A DNA stretch of 64,000 nucleotides from a virus. Taxonomy: Duplodnaviria; Caudoviricetes. Positions 35,222-47,519 of the stretch are shown here, one piece after another. The position numbers and the translations under genes were made by a program. Position 1 is the first letter of the stretch; each line of letters begins with the position of its first letter. Location of the stretch: positions 1 to 64,000 of the IMG/VR virus record IMGVR_UViG_3300014205_000182. One strand, given 5' to 3'. The notes beneath the pieces are model-generated. The model saw nothing but the letters and a program-made list of their open reading frames with translations. It was not told where the DNA came from and did no database searches.

Positions 35222-38200
35222 ATGGACGAATATGACTGGATCCTGATTGCAGAGCGAGAGATCGCTCGCCCCATTGCCTGTGAGATTCTCAACACATGCG
35301 CCTCGACACGATCAGACCGCCTGATTGCTGTAGCCGACGAGCTAGGACACGACGCCAATAGCGCCGCTGCCGTGCTGGCGGAAATGGCCTGGGGCGAAGC
35401 GGCTCTACATAGAGGGTGGGTGCAAGGCTCGAAAAACATGAAGCTGTACTATGAAATTTGTGCAGAAGCGGAGTCCTTGCTCAGGTGTGGCTGGTTTCCT
35501 GGAGAACCCGTGTTTCTCTATTATGGTGAAGGTGTGATGGTGACCACTCATGACTAAAGGTTGTCACGGCAAACTTCGTACCCCGCTGGGGAACCGACTA
35601 CTCGTTGCTCTTTCTACGAATCTTGAAGACCCGGAGCTTGTCGAGTGTATGGATAAGCTCAGAACGGTGCCTGCGATGGCAGGAAAGACGGAGGCTGAGA
35701 TGCGAGAGTTCCTGGAACAGTTGATTAGCAGGGTGCCAAACAAGTGCCCGGATTGTGGTGGAAAGAGTGACTAAGTACTTTATTCAGTTCAAGGGTACGT
35801 GCAAGAAGTGCAAACGTGAGGTTGACGTGGTCTCAACAAGCGCTGGCGAGGGGTTGTTCCTATCATACCACTTCAAGCCTGGCACGCTTTCTTTTTGTGA
35901 ATCTTCGCTAGAGGGGTTTAGCCGTGTTTGAATTTTTCTTGGTTTGGATATTGATTGCTGCTATAAGCGGCCCGCTGGTTGCTATGACGTTACATCAGGA
36001 TTACAAACGCCCAGTAAATGAGGCGGTAGCCGCAGGTCTACTAAGTGCTGCGTTTTCTCCGCTTATCTTAGTCGGCTTGTTTTGCTTTGGTTTGTACAAA
36101 GGTGTGCCTGAGATTGGGCGTGGCTTCATCGGCCTCTATAGACTGATTCCACGCAAGCCGAAGCTGCCGAAGGCGAGGGTTGTGTAATGTTTCCCGCACT
36201 TGTCGGTTTGTGGTTGGTTGCTGGGACCGTTGGCGTGATGTGTGTGATCTTGAGTGACGCAGGGATGCGTAGACCAGCTGAGGAGAATCTGGCACTTAGT
36301 TTGCTGATGTACCTTATCTGGCCTGTCTTCCTTGTGTGGAAGGGACTGCCCTTCCTTTGTCGTGGGTTCAAGGGGCTACTTAGGAGAGATTCATGATTAC
36401 TCCAAGTGAATACAAGATAATGTGCCACAACGGTGATGCTGAGATCGAGCAAGCTATTGATGCTGCGATCCGTAACTCGTCCCGGCGAGGCATGGGCATT
36501 ACGATTCAAGTGCGTAGGCACTGGTCCCGTGAAGCCATCGACACGGTTCTACGTAGTTACCAGCTGTTAGGCTGGCGTGCGAATTATGTTGACGACTGGC
36601 GTGACGGTGATTACCTTGCACTGGAGGCACCGTGAAGCTAGAGCGAATCACACTGGGTACACAGCGAACGCGACGCGTTACCTTGAAGCCTGGTCAGTAC
36701 AGTGACGGGAATGAGATTGTTATTCTCAAGGAGCCGGTAGATATTGACCTGGTGGAACGTTTTCACTACCAGTGGGATGTCCTCAAAGAGGGCTCCCTTG
36801 ACTGGTACCCTTTGCGATATCTGTGGTCCACAGCTACTCCCGTCGGCCAGAAGTCTGCTCCAGAACGAACCGTAACGAAGCTAGAACTGCCTTGGTACAA
36901 GCGTTGGTTCGCTCCCAGGATTCCTCAAGCTAAGGTTGTGAAAGAGTGACCGCTATCACAATTATTCTGGTGATCTTCAGCCTGCTGTGCCTGTGTGCGT
37001 TGTTAGTCATGTGGGGCGTCATGATCGGTATGCGCATCATGTGTGAGATCTGGGCTCCGCAAGAGACCTACGAGAATCTGTACGGTCCAAAAGGTACGAT
37101 TCAGCCTGGCTGGCTTGAAACTAAAGTGTTCAAGATCCTGAGGCGCCCATGAGTCGCGGTGATCTAACTCCGTACATGATTGAGGTGAATCGAGTCGCTC
37201 TGCTTCTCGAAGCGGAATGGCAACGTGTAGATCCTAAGTCCGGTGTTGCCAAGCATCCGGTTAGTTATCGTGCCAATTTCGCAGACATGGCTAAGGTCGT
37301 GGTGAACGACAATATGGCACGCGGGCTATTCCCACCAGACACTCGTGAAATCGGAGTGCGTATAGAAGAGATGTTGCGTGAGCGTCCGATGTATACGTCC
37401 GAAGTGATCACACGTTTAGGCGTCCAACATACTACGGTTATTCGCCAGAACGTTGAAGACATGATCTACGACTTTGTTCAGGCGGGCGCGATTAGTATCG
37501 ATCCTGAATCACGTTTACATTGGATTGGTGTATGAAGGAATTCACACGCGATAGTATCGCTCGCCATCTCTTCGGTATCATGAACGGCGAGCGTTTCGAG
37601 AAACTGCGTTCCACGCCAGGGTATCATGCAGGCATGATGCGTCGCCCTCCTTCTACAGAAAGTGCGCTAAACGACATGTGGAAGTACTATGTCGAGCACG
37701 GGTGGGATGCTGGCTACCTGCGGTTAGCCGACGAAATAGTTTCGAAAGGATACAAGCCATGAGTAAGCATGTTCAAAAAGCTACGCGTTCGGGCGCGCTG
37801 TGTAAGTGTGGGTGTGGTGGTGAAGTTCCACAGGCACCTGGTGCCGGTCGCCCCGGTGTTTGGATCCCGGGTCACAAGCCCGGTCGTGCGCTTGCACGCA
37901 ACTGTGGTTGTGGTTGTGGGTTGCCAGTAGTTCGTATGAGTGTGCGTGGACCACTGCCCAAGTTCTTCCCTGGACACTCTCCTTCTGCCAAGAAGTATCC
38001 AACCAGGAACAAGGTACCGTGAGCCAGTTAGATTTACCTGCTAACGCACTGTTACCTGGTGACGAAATCGTCGGCTGGCGTTCTCCAGGGACTACCGGCT
38101 GGAGCACTCCCAGTCAGGCTCCTGCGGGAAAGTGGACCATTGGTCACTCTAAGGATGGTGATTGGTACGACGCGCTGAGTGGCGGTTACATGTTTCCGGT

Positions 38201-38868
38201 GACTCACAATTACATCTTTAGAGTAAAGCGTGGTGATTCAACGGCTACTGGAGAGGTCATCATCACTGCCAACGAGATTAAGGTTGGTGATCACGTTATT
38301 GGTTATCAGAACCCGGGGGTTTCGGAGTGGCGCCTAGTCGATTGGGTTATTGCTGAGGTACCTAAACCGGGACGTAGTTATCACATTACGATTAAAGGTG
38401 AGTCCGTGATTGACACCAGTTATTCCGGGAAGATTAAGGTCATTCGCGGTACCACTAAGCCTAAGAGTCAGTGGAATGGGAAGTGTCTACTCTGCAACAA
38501 GAACACGCTGACGCTCTTCCAGTCTGTTGAGCATGAGGGTGGACAGTGTCTGTAACTATTATGATGGCAGACCTTGCGGACGCCGATGAACGTACTTATG
38601 GTGAGTGTGTGGAGGAGACAGTATGATTGCCCTCGTAGTCGGTTTTGTGTTGTCTTGTTGTGCTGGTTTAATCTGGCTTTTTGGTGAAGTTGAGCGAGCA
38701 GATGCTAGCCGAGATCCAGTTAAACTGGAAGTATTTGCTATCGGGCTCATGGGTGCAGCGGCTTTGATTGCGTTTGGCGTAGCTTTGCACCTGAGCTATG
38801 AGCAACCCGATCCTCCCAACTACGTTCCCATCCTAGTTCGTGTTCCACTTCAAGCGGAGATTCCGTGA
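35222..38868 (+). other. Run of small hypothetical and membrane genes
   Basis: Coupled ORFs from 35222 to 38868, including the CxCGCG-repeat protein at 37759-38022. Confidence 0.6.
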
Positions 38869-39028
38869 TCGAACTTCCTGATCCCGATCAGACCATGCTT
38901 CTTCGTAAGATAGCGCAACTAGATACGCTGCTTCGTGAGCTTCTAACAAGTTCAACCACCCCCGTCCAGTTTAATCTGGCAAGTCGGGCTATTGAACTCA
39001 ACCGTTCAATCTACACACAGGTAAATAA

Positions 39029-40147
39029 ATGATCCATCCAACTCTCTATAAGCTCAGCAGCAAAGGCGCACTACAGTCCTGGCAAATCCAGGTCGAAGGA
39101 ACTACCATTGTTACCACCCATGGTCAGGTTGGCGGGGCGCTGCAAGTTGCTCGTGACACCATCACGAAGGGTAAGAACGAAGGCAAGAAGAACGCTACTA
39201 CGCCAGAGCAGCAAGCCCTTGCGGAAGCAGAAGCAAAGTGGACCAAGCAACTCAAGAAGGGTTACGTCCAGTCCGAAGAAGCGGCTCGTGCCGGTGAAGT
39301 CGACGCGCTGATTACGGGTGGCATCTCGCCGATGCTGGCTCACAAGTTCTCGGAGCATGCAGACAAGATCACGTTCCCCTGCTACGTACAGCCCAAGTTG
39401 GATGGGCACAGGTGTATTGCTCAGGTCGATATGAAGGGTGACGTGAGTCTATGGACTCGTACGCGCAAGCCCATTCACTCGATGCCTCATATCGAGACGG
39501 CGATTGCGTCCTTAAACCTGCCGCGAGGTACAATTCTCGACGGTGAGCTTTACTCCCACACCCATAAGGACCAGTTTAGTAAGCTGACCTCGCTGATTCG
39601 TGGTTCGACTCCGAAGCCTGAAGGTGAGATTGTGGAGTATCATGTCTATGACCTGGCCTCTTCGGAGGATGACTTCTCCAACCGACACACCTCGCTCCAG
39701 TTCCTGCTCAACATGATTGGTACCGGTCCGCTGGTTCTGGTCCAGACCGAGTTTGCGAACGACGAGATCGACCTGGAAGCAGCATTTCGTGCGTACCTCG
39801 CGCAGGGTTACGAGGGTGCGATGGCCCGCAACGCCGACAGCAAGTACGAGAACAAGCGCTCGTTTGGCCTTCAGAAGGTCAAGGAGTTCATGGAGGGTGA
39901 CTTTACGGTCGTCGGCATTGAAGAGGGTCGTGGTAAGCTCGCCGGCCACGTCGGCGCGTTCGTCTTCGAGGCACCTAATGGCGAGAAGTTCCGAGCCAAG
40001 ATGAAGGGTGACACGGCTCTACTCAAGACCTATTTTGAGAACCCGGAGACGGTCATCGGTCGTCTGGCCGAGGTCCACTACTTCGAGCTTTCGGAGTATG
40101 GGATTCCCCGGTTCCCGGTTGCACACCGGTTTAAGGAGTTGCTGTGA
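39029..40147 (+). CDS. ATP-dependent DNA ligase with a WGR-like N-terminus
   Basis: QPKLDGHR (motif I), LDGELY, YHVYD, GYEGAM, KVKEF. Confidence 0.93.
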   Translation: MIHPTLYKLSSKGALQSWQIQVEGTTIVTTHGQVGGALQVARDTITKGKNEGKKNATTPEQQALAEAEAKWTKQLKKGYVQSEEAARAGEVDALITGGISPMLAHKFSEHADKITFPCYVQPKLDGHRCIAQVDMKGDVSLWTRTRKPIHSMPHIETAIASLNLPRGTILDGELYSHTHKDQFSKLTSLIRGSTPKPEGEIVEYHVYDLASSEDDFSNRHTSLQFLLNMIGTGPLVLVQTEFANDEIDLEAAFRAYLAQGYEGAMARNADSKYENKRSFGLQKVKEFMEGDFTVVGIEEGRGKLAGHVGAFVFEAPNGEKFRAKMKGDTALLKTYFENPETVIGRLAEVHYFELSEYGIPRFPVAHRFKELL

Positions 40148-40503
40148 GTAACATCAAGGTAGTTGTGCAGCGGTCAAAGTGGCTGCGTGGCGAGGGTACT
40201 TCGGCCAGTAAACTTCTTCGCCCTTCGGACGGTAAGATGTGCTGTCTTGGTTTCGCTTGCCTCGCTCTCGGTGCGACCGAAGCTCAGATTAAGGGTGCAG
40301 CCTCGCCGGCTGACGTTGTGGATGTATCCGAAAACTTGTTGCCAATTAGGCATCGAGTAAGGGAAAACGGTCGTTGGCACCCAGAAGCGATCAGTGACGC
40401 AATGGTCATCAATGATGCACAAGGTATTACCGATGCCCAGCGAGAACCCGAGTTGGTTGCGCTGCTGGCACGGGTCGGTATTGACCTGGAGTTCGTAGAC
40501 TGA
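40144..40503 (+). CDS. Hypothetical protein, paralog of 53829-54224
   Basis: KWLRGEG..S.LLRPSDGKMCCLGFACLA is shared. Confidence 0.7.
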   Translation: MSNIKVVVQRSKWLRGEGTSASKLLRPSDGKMCCLGFACLALGATEAQIKGAASPADVVDVSENLLPIRHRVRENGRWHPEAISDAMVINDAQGITDAQREPELVALLARVGIDLEFVD

Positions 40504-40997
40504 TGTTTGGTATGTTCGACGTACTCGACGATGCGAAGAGGCTCTTTCACGACTTCCATGTGAAGGAGTGGAAGACCTTAGACATTAACTATGAGCAGCC
40601 TCGCGTGGAACGTCTGTGGGTGCAATTGGGTAGCTACCGCATCTACCTACACGTGATCCACAAGTGCAACGGTGGGGCGCTCTACCACCCTCACCCTTGG
40701 GAGTCGGCGGTCGAGATTCTCGCTGGCTCTTACCGAATGGGCCTAGGTCGTGAGATCTACGGCGAGCCTCCTGTTACTGCCACGCTGGTTCTCGGCGCCG
40801 GTTCTCAGTACGAGATGCGCGACCCTTCGGGTTGGCACTACGTCGAGCCTATCACGCCTGTGGTGCTTTCGATTATGGTTACCGGCGAGCGCTTTGCTAG
40901 GTCTATTCCTGCTTCCACGGTTCCTAAGACTTCACTCGGACCTCTGCCGGAAGGTCGTGCTGAGGAGATTTACTCGATGTTTAAGGGGTTACTATGA
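40503..40997 (+). CDS. Cupin-like protein
   Basis: YHPHPW..ILAGSY..WHYV. Confidence 0.6.
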   Translation: MFGMFDVLDDAKRLFHDFHVKEWKTLDINYEQPRVERLWVQLGSYRIYLHVIHKCNGGALYHPHPWESAVEILAGSYRMGLGREIYGEPPVTATLVLGAGSQYEMRDPSGWHYVEPITPVVLSIMVTGERFARSIPASTVPKTSLGPLPEGRAEEIYSMFKGLL

Positions 40998-41604
40998 GCC
41001 TAGCTGAAGAACTACGCAAGATCTCCGACGCTGCTCCTGCCGAGCTACGTGCGCTCGCTAATGCAAAGGCTGCTACCGCAATCAAAGAGATTGTTGGTGC
41101 GTGTGAGCAAGCCGCACGAAAAGCGGCGGCGCTGGGCACGTACTATGCTGTTTATGCCTGCCCTCCTCCACGTATTGCTGGTGTGGAGTGGGACCCACTT
41201 GCCAAATCTATTATGGCTTATCTGATGGGACAAGGTTTTAGAGTCCATCTGGAGACTAAAGCTTCTCCGTATTCTGGTCGACAATATCTCTACATTAGAA
41301 TGGACTGGGACAAGTAATGCCTAGTATTAACATCGAGCGATTTGCGAAACCGCTGCCTAACTCGGGAGATACTCGTAGAGTTTACGAGCGTGTGAAGAAG
41401 GGTTCAGTCATTTATCTTAAAGGTAAGGGCATATACGAGCTAACAACTACAGTCGAGATGGAGGTCACCAGAATATATAAGTACGGACGATGGGAGTTTG
41501 AGGATTACCATCCGGAGACTGCGCGCACTGTCACTAGTAACTGGCAACGCTTCAAACTCTGGCTGATGGGTCCTAAGCTTCCTAAGGCAAAGGCGCTGCG
41601 ATGA
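40994..41604 (+). other. Two hypothetical genes
   Basis: Coupled ORFs 40994-41317 and 41317-41604. Confidence 0.55.
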
Positions 41605-42062
41605 AGACAATTGCTCTAGTGTTCGGCGAGATGGGTGCTGGTAAATCCTACCTAGCCCAGAAGTTCGCCAATGCCCACGATTTCACGTTCATCGAAGGTG
41701 ACGCTCTATTGCCTGTGGAGATGGCAGAGCGTGTTGCTCGATTCAAAGGTCCCGATGCTGAGATGTTGGAGGACCTGGTTTGGGCGCTGCGTATCAGCGG
41801 GGCTGCGCTAAGTCGTGCCTCTGCGCGTGGGATTGTAATCTCACAAGCACTCTATCGCGACTGTGATCGCAAGAAGATTATCGATTTCTGGAAGCGCTCC
41901 GGCTTCTTCGTCGACACGTATTGGGTACGCGCTCCGTTCTGGAAGAACCTTCGTCAGCTGTGGTCGCGTGAGCGAGGGCTGCGTTGGATCTGGTTCTGGT
42001 TAAAGAGTAAGCTTTTCTTTCAAAAGCCTACGCATTCACACGAGGTATGGGACAATGAGTAA
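41601..42062 (+). CDS. P-loop kinase (gluconokinase/AAA_33-like)
   Basis: GEMGAGKS; FIEGD; SQALY. Confidence 0.75.
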   Translation: MKTIALVFGEMGAGKSYLAQKFANAHDFTFIEGDALLPVEMAERVARFKGPDAEMLEDLVWALRISGAALSRASARGIVISQALYRDCDRKKIIDFWKRSGFFVDTYWVRAPFWKNLRQLWSRERGLRWIWFWLKSKLFFQKPTHSHEVWDNE

Positions 42063-42608
42063 GCCACATCAAGATTCTATGGGTGTCGACATTCGCGTGG
42101 GTGACTTCCTGGTGTTTGCTGCACCGTCTGGTCGTTCGTCAGCAGAGCTACGTTTTGGGTTCGTCAAAGACCTTCGCTATGAGCGGAAGGACCCAAACGG
42201 TACGCCGAAGCTGGCTGCAATCGTCGCTGAGAAGGGGTATCTGCACGACCCAAAGGGCGGTTATGTGCGAGACCCTTCGGGCGGGCTAGTCCGTGACTGG
42301 GTGCTTTCTCGCACCGGCAGCCTGTGCTCGCTTTACACTCACTACACGCTGGTGGTTCCACCGGAGGTTGTTCCGGGTCGGATTCGTAAGATGATGGTGG
42401 AGGCATGATGGGCCACTACGAATGTCGTAAGTGTGACCAGCGTTATGACAAGTGCAGTTGTACTAGGCCGGTTTATCGCCCAGCAGGTGAGGTCAGACTT
42501 TCGCCCGAGCAGATAGTCGATAAAATAATCGATATCCTAGAATCCGAGCCTGCTGAAGAAGCTGTCAAATTGATTAAAGCCAAGTTCAATTACGGTGAGT
42601 GGTACTAA
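42055..42608 (+). other. Two hypothetical genes
   Basis: ORFs 42055-42408 and 42405-42608. Confidence 0.55.
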
Positions 42609-42740
42609 GTAACTGAAATAACTTGTAAAAAATTTTTTGACTTCTACTATTTGAGGAAAATATTTTACATATATAGGGATTTTTATTGTCGTTGCGCCCA
42701 GCCGGGTGGGTCTTAACGTACCCAGGTGCCTTGAACGAGC

Positions 42741-42895
42741 TGGCACGCTTCTTGCACACGTGGCCTTGGCACGCTAGATGCTAGGGGTAAGGTGTTGGCA
42801 CGCAACATTTGAGCTCGCCATGTTGGCACACCCCTTGCCGCGCCCTACCCTTGGCACACTACATGCCCATGGTACTACTTGGCACGAGCATTGCC
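42741..42895 (+). repeat. Six phased TGGCAC-N5-(T/A)TGC-type boxes
   Basis: Starts at 42741, 42767, 42796, 42824, 42852, 42880, next to the AT-rich tract 42610-42690. Confidence 0.8.
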
Positions 42896-43241
42896 ATGGC
42901 CGACCATGGTGCCCGGACCACGAACGGGCGACGCATCGCGGATCGCTTTGTTCGTGTAGTACGCTTCACACAGGGGAACCCACTCCATACCATAGATGCG
43001 AGCGTACTCAGCACGGGCATTGTCATCGCACGCCATAGCAACATCAAGCATGACTGCCAGGGTAGACGGTGCGCTATCCGACTCCGGGCAGTCGCAGATC
43101 AGACCAAGGCAGGGACAGATAAAGAGCGATTCGTAAGCGCCTTCGGTGTTCATACGATGACTCTACAGGAAACAGGTTCCAGTGAAACGAAAAACGACCG
43201 AGAGATCTCGGTCGTTACCCCGGACATAACCGATAGGCCGG

Positions 43242-44603
43242 TTAGGTAAGCTCCAGCATCATAGCGCGCTGAGAAGTGTTATCCAGAGCGGTCACCACGA
43301 GCGCATCGCACGCAGCGATCCGGGCGAGGAAGGCGGAAACGGTATCGGCACCGAGCAGGGTAGCCAGACCATTGCACTCCGACCGCATACGCTCGATACG
43401 CTCGATAAGAGACGCGCCAGCGATACGCTTGAGATCGCCAGACTTGGCTTCGCAATCCTTCTCAAGCCGCGCCAGATCGGCGGTAAACGATTCCGTGAGC
43501 GCGCTTCCGATCGACTCGGTATCCATGTGCGACCAAGCGTAGATCCCACGTCCCATGATCGGCCGGAGGGCAACCACGAGATCGAGCGCGCGAGCGGCAT
43601 TGAACGGCTGAACGTAGATCCCGAGATCCGTGTCACGAGCGCCGTAGTGGTTCACGAGACACGCCATCACACGAGTCTGGAGATCGTCGGATGCGATCAG
43701 GGTATCGCGCACCCGGCGGTTAAAGTCAGCGAGGACCATACGCGCACCCTCGTGATCCGGAGCGTCACACTCGATAACGCCATCGTGCGAGAGGGTGATC
43801 AACGCCTCTTTCGCTCCGAGCGAATCGCTCGCGAGATCGTTATCGAAAAACCCGATCTTCCACGCGCTAGCGTACTTGCCAGCGGTAGGAGCGTTGCGGG
43901 CGACAAAGCCGCCATGGTTGAGGATCTGCGTCGCCTTTCCGAGCAGGCCGACGAGACCGGGTGCGCGGCCAAAGGCCTTCTCAGGCAATCCCAGAGTAAC
44001 GCGCACACTCTCGACGGATGCCCATTCGATCAGTGACTGGCGAGACTTGCCGGAGATCGAGTCAATGACCGTGCGAACCTTGCCAAAGGCGACGATGGTT
44101 CCCACGCCGCTAGCCAGCGTCGGATCAACCACTCGACCATTGTAACCGGCCTGCGTTGCGCCAGCGATGCGAGCCATCGCGGTCGCGGTCGCGATAGCGT
44201 CGGCTGACTGGCTACGAGTCTGCGAACCACCGCGACGGGTGCGGGCGGCACGCGCCGCAACATTCGCGGCACCCTCGTTCGCAACGTTCGTGAGCGCACC
44301 CGTGAGGGTAGACGCGTCAACCGTGCGGGCGATCTGAACGGGTGCAACGGGTGCGACCGGTCCCGGGATCGAATTCATGGTGATCACCATGCGCCGCGTT
44401 TGGCCGGCCAGCTTGACCACGGCACGATCCGACGGAGCGAGAGCAGAGTACACGCTACCAATGGCGCGGAAATCGTTGGAAACGCGGTCACAATCGGCCA
44501 TGGTCTGACAAGCGTTGACGAGCGCCAGACACTCAGAGAGCAGCGACGGGCGAAAAAGGTTGCCGAGGTTAGCGAGGGACATTCCGAGGATCGTGAGGGA
44601 CAT
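43242..44603 (-). CDS. 453-aa hypothetical protein
   Basis: Long ORF with AAAGGA RBS; helical C-terminus. Confidence 0.7.
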   Translation of the reverse strand: MSLTILGMSLANLGNLFRPSLLSECLALVNACQTMADCDRVSNDFRAIGSVYSALAPSDRAVVKLAGQTRRMVITMNSIPGPVAPVAPVQIARTVDASTLTGALTNVANEGAANVAARAARTRRGGSQTRSQSADAIATATAMARIAGATQAGYNGRVVDPTLASGVGTIVAFGKVRTVIDSISGKSRQSLIEWASVESVRVTLGLPEKAFGRAPGLVGLLGKATQILNHGGFVARNAPTAGKYASAWKIGFFDNDLASDSLGAKEALITLSHDGVIECDAPDHEGARMVLADFNRRVRDTLIASDDLQTRVMACLVNHYGARDTDLGIYVQPFNAARALDLVVALRPIMGRGIYAWSHMDTESIGSALTESFTADLARLEKDCEAKSGDLKRIAGASLIERIERMRSECNGLATLLGADTVSAFLARIAACDALVVTALDNTSQRAMMLELT

Positions 44604-46193
44604 TTTGATTTCCTTTGTTCCGGGTTTCGAGTGGCAAGACCATCCTAGGGATCCTTGTTTCCCACGTCAAGCGCCTAAGAAACTATTTCGTGAGGATCCC
44701 TAGTTCCCTTTTGAAAACCGTGCGGATCTCGTCGACAACATCACAGGCCGGATGATTCGTTTGGAGCCATGCCAGGAATGCGATCCCTAATGTCGCGAAA
44801 CACGCGACCACATACAACCACATGAGGCGAGGATCCGGGATTGTCGCAACCACGGTAGGGTTTTTCCCCGGGCGAACGATCGCGCCATGCCAGGGATCGA
44901 GCCATACGACCACGGCACCCGGACGAACGGTGATTCGGTATGGTGTGCGGGTTTTCAGGACATGTGCGATTTCGTCGCGAGTCAAGATCCTACAGGACAA
45001 ATGGCACTCCACATGCGAGGAGGAAATGGTTGCGTTCCTGGCTAGTACACAAGTCATCCGCTAGCGCATGTGCGACATGGTACACACCGAGCAGGTAGGT
45101 CGGATCCTGACTTGTGCGTCGCGCGCGGTCAATCGCTCGCGCGAGATCGATTTGCTTACGGTTGATCACATGTCACCCGTGGCGTAGCGGATTGCGTGAT
45201 CGAGCCGCACATGTAGCATCGGCCGACTCTGGAATGGATCGCAGATCCGGATTGCCTCGTCGAGTGTGACATGTGCGCCAGCGTAGTTGTTGTTCGTGTA
45301 GACGATACAGAGGGGATTACGCTTTTTCATGTCTCCAGTGTAGGCATGTTTTCACTTCACTGGAAACCCTTTTGGGTTATGTGTGGGGTAGCGAATGATT
45401 TCAACAGGTTACACTCGAGCTCGCGATTTCAGCGACTTAGCCTGGCGAGATTCTTGCATTGGTCCGACCGGCTATTTTCCTGCGAATTCGGCAGGATTCT
45501 ACAGTGCCAAACTGGCAAACCTGCGGATTTGGCAGTTCACACTTTACTGTGAACGCCCGTTCATAGTTCAGCGTTATTTGTGTATCGAACCATACCAAAC
45601 AGAGCAGTTTGGGTAGCGTCGGGAAAATATCAGGTACTTAGAGTGTAGGGAATCGCGATCGGACCTAGGGTGTCACCTAGTGACGGGATTATTTTCGTTC
45701 AATGGTGGGCATTCTGTAGCGTCTGAACGAAGGTCCGTTTTTTAGTAAGATGGCACACTAGGAATTCCCTACAGGACACAAATGTCGTGTCGCAGGGTAT
45801 CGGAGCACCCGGGGGTGGGTCCAAACGGACACGGGTCTACCTGGACCCGGATCACCGTGTCATATGATCCGTATGCCATGGGTTCTTTACCCGGGTATAA
45901 AACTACCCACCCGGGTGACACGATACCCTGGTATTTCGATCATATGACATTTCGATCCGGGTCTAAATGGACTCGGGTCCACCGAGACCCGGGTCTAAAT
46001 GGACCCGGACATTCTTGTCCTAGGATCGTAATGCCAGAGTAGATCTTTACCCGGGTGTCTGGTTACCCTGGCATTTGTGTCATAGGATCTAAATGTCATG
46101 TAGGCAAACCGGCGACCTGTACGTGTAGCAGCTTCCGTGCCAAACCGGGTCTACATTCAAGTATTGTGCCAAATTCGCGAGCTCAAAATCGGA

Positions 46194-46341
46194 TACTGAA
46201 CACTTGTTCAGTGTGACATCAGGATCATACTGAACGGATGTTCAGGTACTGAACGGATGTTTAGGTACTGAACGGATGTTCAGGTACTGAACGGATGTTC
46301 AGGTACTGAACGGATGTTCAGGTACTGAACGGATGTTCAGT
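46194..46341. repeat. Tandem 19-bp palindromic repeats TACTGAACGGATGTTCAGG
   Basis: Six copies from 46228 plus one variant at 46194. Confidence 0.95.
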
Positions 46342-46574
46342 GGACATGCAAGCTGCGTGCCAGCGAGCGAGGGCGCGACGGGGCCGAGCGCGGATTTTCG
46401 CCCGGGAATCGCACGAAATTACCCACTACGCACTGCGTCACGCCTAGTAATTCCAAGGGTTTGAGCTCGCTAATTTCGAGCATTAGCGCACGAATTTCCG
46501 CCTATGGCACTCCGGGCGCCCGACGGTGCGAAACGCTCGCAAATCGAAGCCTATCGCGTCTGAGAGCAAATGAG

Positions 46575-46604
46575 AAAACCCGCCGGGATTTCTCCGGGCG
46601 GGTT
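46575..46604 (-). terminator. Intrinsic terminator
   Basis: AACCCGCCCGG..CCGGCGGGTTTTCT after the 46626-47352 genes. Confidence 0.6.
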
Positions 46605-46625
46605 AGGTCGCGCTAAGTAGCTGAT

Positions 46626-47352
46626 TTAGTACCAGTAGACTCGCACCGAGTCATCCTCGAAAACCTCGTCGGAGATCGGTTCAGCGACGGAGATGTAACG
46701 AGTGTAACAACGCTTTCCATCGCGCACATGAGCCCAGATCTCCTCACACATGGCCATGTGTCCCGAGGTGGGAGCATTCTCGCGAATCCACACGAGACCG
46801 GCAGCGCACACGAGGGATAGCAGAGTGATTTCGAGGTTGTTGGTTTCCATTCCTCTTTGTCGCACGGAATACCCTACGGGGTCAATACCTTTTGTGCGCG
46901 ATCGTATGCCTCTGAATTGCTCTGCTCAAACTCGGCTTTGGTCGCGCCCATATTCCAGGGCAGTGCCCAACGGTTACGTGCGTTGAGTACCGGCGTACCG
47001 TCTTCGTCGCCACAAACCGCAACGATCGTTGCGACCGTAACCCAAGCGGTTGGAGTAGGGCAGGAATGCGATAGGAGCAGACTGATCGCCCACTGGCCTA
47101 GGATGTTCACGCTAGACTCTCGTACAGATCAAAGAGTTGGTCGAGTGACATCCGCTTGAGACGCTTACGCGAAACCTTCGAGGTTTCCCCTGTGAGGTAT
47201 GCGAAAGCATCCTGATCGCTCGTCTCGACGAGGATCGAGTCGATCAGCGCACGCTTGCGCGCCATGCGATCAGACTTGTCAACGGGCAGAACCATCGGGG
47301 AAAACTGCGTAGCCTCGTAAGACTCGCAACGGTTACCGGTACACTTGCTCAT
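46626..47352 (-). other. Three small hypothetical genes
   Basis: ORFs 47107-47352 (AGGAG RBS), 46874-47110 and 46626-46849. Confidence 0.55.
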
Positions 47353-47519
47353 ATGCTCCTATGACGCGTTGAGGGTTTGGGTTCTGACAGGTCCAGGTTA
47401 CGAATAATCGGCGTTACATCCGGGCGCCCACGAGTTGTCGCACGTCCGGACTCTGGCGTCTACAAAAATCGCAGAAAGATCGCCAGAAACGAGCTCGCCA
47501 GCCTAACCCCTCGAGATTA

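Noticed and set aside
42741-42895. Mini-CRISPR array
   Set aside because: Only a 6-nt core is invariant, and the 28-nt period is too short for repeat plus spacer
46194-46341. CRISPR array
   Set aside because: Repeats are contiguous with no spacers, and no cas genes are present
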